Part shown: piece by piece, positions 60,619-64,000 of the stretch
Numbering within the stretch: position 1 is the stretch's first letter
How the letters are laid out: each line of letters begins with the position of its first letter
DNA from: Somniosus microcephalus
Taxonomy: Eukaryota
Reading direction: 5' to 3'
Length of the DNA stretch: 64,000 bases
NCBI GenBank assembly: GCA_052327205.1
Contig: CM126209.1
Location: forward strand, 123,876,001-123,940,000
Translations under genes and position numbers: made by a program
The notes under the pieces: model-generated
Told to the model about the DNA's origin: nothing
The model's database searches: none
What the model saw: the letters and a program-made list of their open reading frames with translations, nothing else

Positions 60619-62429
60619 GCCCACCTCTTCGACCAAGCTCCTACATTAGCAAACCTGGCAAGTTGAATTTGGGCTTGCTGCTGACTGCAAGACTTGCATG
60701 CCATGGACCCACACAGCCAGCACCCCACTAAACTCAGTATTAAAGCATTATTAGATTCAGTGCAGTACCATTGCAGTAAAGGGATTAGGCGGTTCAGCAC
60801 AAAGGGCTGAGTGTTGCGTAAGTTCAATAATAATACAAGCACTGAACCAACTAAGGATGATCAATCAGTTTTTAGATCATGAAGGGGAAACTCCTTCCAG
60901 CTGTGAATACTGCGATCATTTTTCAGCAGCATGTTTGGTAACAAGTTAACAGAGGTGAACTTAAGTGAGTCCACCTAGGTTTGATGCTGAACACCGTGGT
61001 GAATAGTTTCAGTTGCGAGGACACCATAAAACATGGAGAATCTTTTAAAGCACTTGATCAGCAACAGAACTTTTTGTTCAGGTTACAGGCGGCTCTATAA
61101 GCGGCCAGGACCTCCTGACCCTCAATGGCTGCTGTCGGGACTTCCCTACTTGTTCAGGGTCACTGTGTGGTAGGAAAGGACGTTACTTCAGTACAAAGTT
61201 AAGGAATACAGCATTCAATGGATTTGTGACATCTCAGTCAGTGTGGAACCTCTGTTAAAGAAAAAAACGGAATTAGAAAAGGATCTGCTTAGGTGAATGC
61301 CAGAGGCTAGGATCTGTTTTCATGTGAGTTCAAGACTTTGTCCCACGGGTCATCGGGCACAAGGGAAAGGTTTAACTGGGTGTATGTTTTAATTTTAAAC
61401 CAGCGGGGCTACATTTTAGCGTAAACGCACCAACCTCTCAATTGCCTTTTTGGAAACACTTATGGGGCTTATTCATTTATGTGACTAATTTAAACAGCAA
61501 AAAAAAGCCTCACAGCTTGCTGGGTGGGGCGGGGGAGATGGTATAAGGCCTTGTGGGAAAACAAAGCAAAGGTCAAAGGTCCGGAGACCCAGACACCTCC
61601 CTGCTGTCTGCTTTGAAGGGTGGCACATGTTGCCACCCAGCCTCCTGTCCCTCCCTCAGACCACATATAAAAGATTGCCCCTGTCTACTTTACACTCGAC
61701 CACTAAATTATGAGCACTCTCTCATTGAAGGCACTCCGCAGGCTGTTACCAATTAGGTCATGTGTTGGCAGTAAATTATCATCAGTCTTACTTACCTAAC
61801 AAGAAGCTTGGACAATATTTGGGAAAGTAGGTAATGCATCTCGTGTATCCATTGAGGACTTCAACCTCCCACAAACAAATCAGAAAACAGCAGAAGAAGA
61901 AAATATTCTAAGTTAACATTAGTTTGCGCAAGCAAGTATAAATGTATGCTGTTTTCTGTTCCCCCTCGGTTTTCTCTCCATCTCTCCTGAAGGCACTGAC
62001 TGATGTTGGAGTATGGTTTCACATGCACTCTCGACTACTATGAGCATTCTTTGAGCGTGAGACTACTCAGTTTTGCTTGCTTGGCTGTTTGACCGTTGAC
62101 GGCATCACCTAAAGCCCCAAGCTCACATTATCCGGATTGTATTGAGCTAATTAAGCACTGACTACAAGTCAAAACTGGAACCTTCATACAATAACTGTCT
62201 ACAAAGGTGGCATCTTCTTTAGCTTCAATTTTCTCCCCTTTTCTCTCTCCTCGCCTGGGGTATCGTGGTGGGGTATGGTTCCACATCCTCTAGTGGCACC
62301 TCCATTACCCTGCTGACGAAGAGACAAATAAATTAGACAAAGTAAAACTCAGAATATAATATAAACAACAATGTAATATGCACAGTGTGCTTCATAAATA
62401 AATGTTCTTTGCCATGTGAGGGCGGTTTC

Positions 62430-62665
62430 AGTCTTGTTGAGTTTACTGAGCTCTGGGCTACTAGAGTTGGCTCGGTGCCATTGGGCTACAGAGGAGCAAA
62501 CTAGCCTTGCATTCATATAGCACCTTTATCATTGTAAAACCTCCCAAGGTGCTTATAATGTTTCCTGGAAGGGCACACGTATGGACATCAGGTGAGGTCC
62601 TGACGCCCACCCACGGTCGAATAGCATTCACGGCCAAGCCTCACACATGAAAATGGCTGCTTGGT
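62430..62665 (+). mobile_element. SINE family B fragment
   Basis: GGACATCAGGTGAGG, CCACGGTCGAATAGC, CCTCACACATGAAAATGGCTGCTTGG. Confidence 0.55.
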
Positions 62666-62667
62666 AT

Positions 62668-63042
62668 CAACAACAACATCAACAACCTGTATTTATATAG
62701 CGCCTTTAGCATAGTAAAACATCCCAAGGCTCTTCGCAGGAGCTTTATCAAACAAAATTTGACACCGAGCCACAAAAGGAGATATTAAGACAAGTTGGTC
62801 AAAGAGGTAGGCTTTAAGGAGCGTCTTAAAGGAGGAGAGAGAGGTAGAGAGGCAGAGATGTTTAGGGAGGAATTCCAGAGCTTAGGGCTGAGGCAGCTGA
62901 AGGCACGGCCGCCAATGGTGGAATGATGAAAATCGGGGATGCTCAAGAGGCCAGAATTGGAGGAGCACAGAGATCTCAGAGAGTTGTAGAGCTGGAGGAG
63001 ATTACAGAGATAGGGAGGGACGAGGCCATGGAGGGGATTTGA
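62668..63042 (-). mobile_element. L2 LINE 3' end
   Basis: (CAA)n tail, TTGGTCAAAGAGGTAGG, GGAATTCCAGAGCTTAGGGC, GAGGCCATGGAGGGGATTTGA. Confidence 0.9.
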
Positions 63043-63259
63043 GCCAGTGAGAGAATCAATGCCTTGTGGAGTGGAGGGGAAATGATGAAGAGAAAAAAAA
63101 ACCCCAACAAATAAAGACTTGGCATCAGAAAGCTGTTCGGTGCCGCCACTACAGCCGAAGAAACAAGAAGCAAACTTTTAATGGACAATATTTGTGGTAA
63201 AGAAATGTTTTTGACAAGTCCCTGTATAAACACATTTAACGGTGTACTGAATTGCTGAT

Positions 63260-63790
63260 ATATCAGTTTCAATGACCTCATTAGTGTCAGTTAATTAAAA
63301 CTTTCAGCACTTGACTTTGATGCTGTTGCAGCCCAAAAAATAGAGTTCTGATTGGACCGACACAAAGCTAGTTGCGCTAATGAATAGCAGCGATTTCTAA
63401 TGGAACCGAATTATACCTGCTTCTTGCAACTCAGATAAAATATTATTAAATACACAGCAACTTTGCATAAAGCAAATTAATCAGCTGCCCGTGCTTTTCG
63501 CTTCATAATAATCTCTAGTGCTTATTGATCATGTTTTTAACGCAATTTTGAAAGCGCATGCATCAGGTTCTCGCTAATTAAAGCCACAACTTCAGAAAAT
63601 GCCATAATAACGGTTAATTAGGAGGATGCTATTTTCAACATAATTTGCTAATTAGTCACTGAGCCAGTACAGTGTATCTCCCTAATTATGGGGAGGATTC
63701 AGCGTTAGGCACTTGTGACTGGAGTGCAAATGACACCATTATGGGGTCCTGCGTTGCGATTCCTCTGTAAATGGTTAATTGCCCCCTCTT
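63260..63790. promoter_or_regulatory. Candidate conserved non-coding element rich in TAATTA
   Basis: GTTAATTAAA, AAATTAATC, CTAATTAAAG, GGTTAATTAGG, CTAATTAGTC, CCTAATTATGG within ~500 bp of unique DNA. Confidence 0.4.
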
Positions 63791-64000
63791 TCTCTTTTGA
63801 TATTGCGACAGAAAAATAATAATCTTGAACTCGTGTCAAAAAATATTTGTAACCGAGATGATGGAATTTTTTTTTTGTTCATTTTGCTTTCTGATCTGGC
63901 GGGGGAAGCGGGCGGGGGGGGAGGGGGACTAATTTCTTTCTTGCCGGTTTTCCCCCCCCACCTTTCTTAACTGATCGTGCCTGCTCCCCGAAACCAGGGG

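Noticed and set aside
54835-60842. ORFs of 300-576 aa (LEKGLEGR, VWKVGWRR, PSPTYLPN repeats)
   Set aside because: Translations of the 24-bp satellite on both strands; the only non-repetitive part is decayed L2.

Overview
Eukaryotic, repeat-rich, apparently non-coding DNA (intergenic or a large intron). The repeat families point to a cartilaginous fish (shark-type Deu-SINE, V-SINE, CR1, L2, RTE and Penelope-like palindromes); this is an inference from family recognition, not a database match. I recognise no host exon, tRNA, rRNA or CRISPR array. The only ORFs with recognisable protein similarity are C-terminal retrotransposon fragments, and the very long ORFs are tandem-repeat artefacts. About a quarter of the window (~15.8 kb) is four large minisatellites (22-bp, 55-bp, G-rich ~30-bp and 24-bp units), and there is a 795-nt N gap. 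The rest is nested SINE/LINE/MITE debris with homeodomain-motif-rich unique islands that resemble vertebrate developmental enhancers. I cannot support a new multi-gene biological system. The most interesting observations are two minisatellites that seem to have been born inside retroelements, a Tigger-like MITE carrying RFX X-boxes, a Penelope-type hairpin with a decayed hammerhead core and 17-bp TSD, and a very abundant tRNA-SINE family I cannot name. Coordinates of old repeats were read by eye and are approximate.
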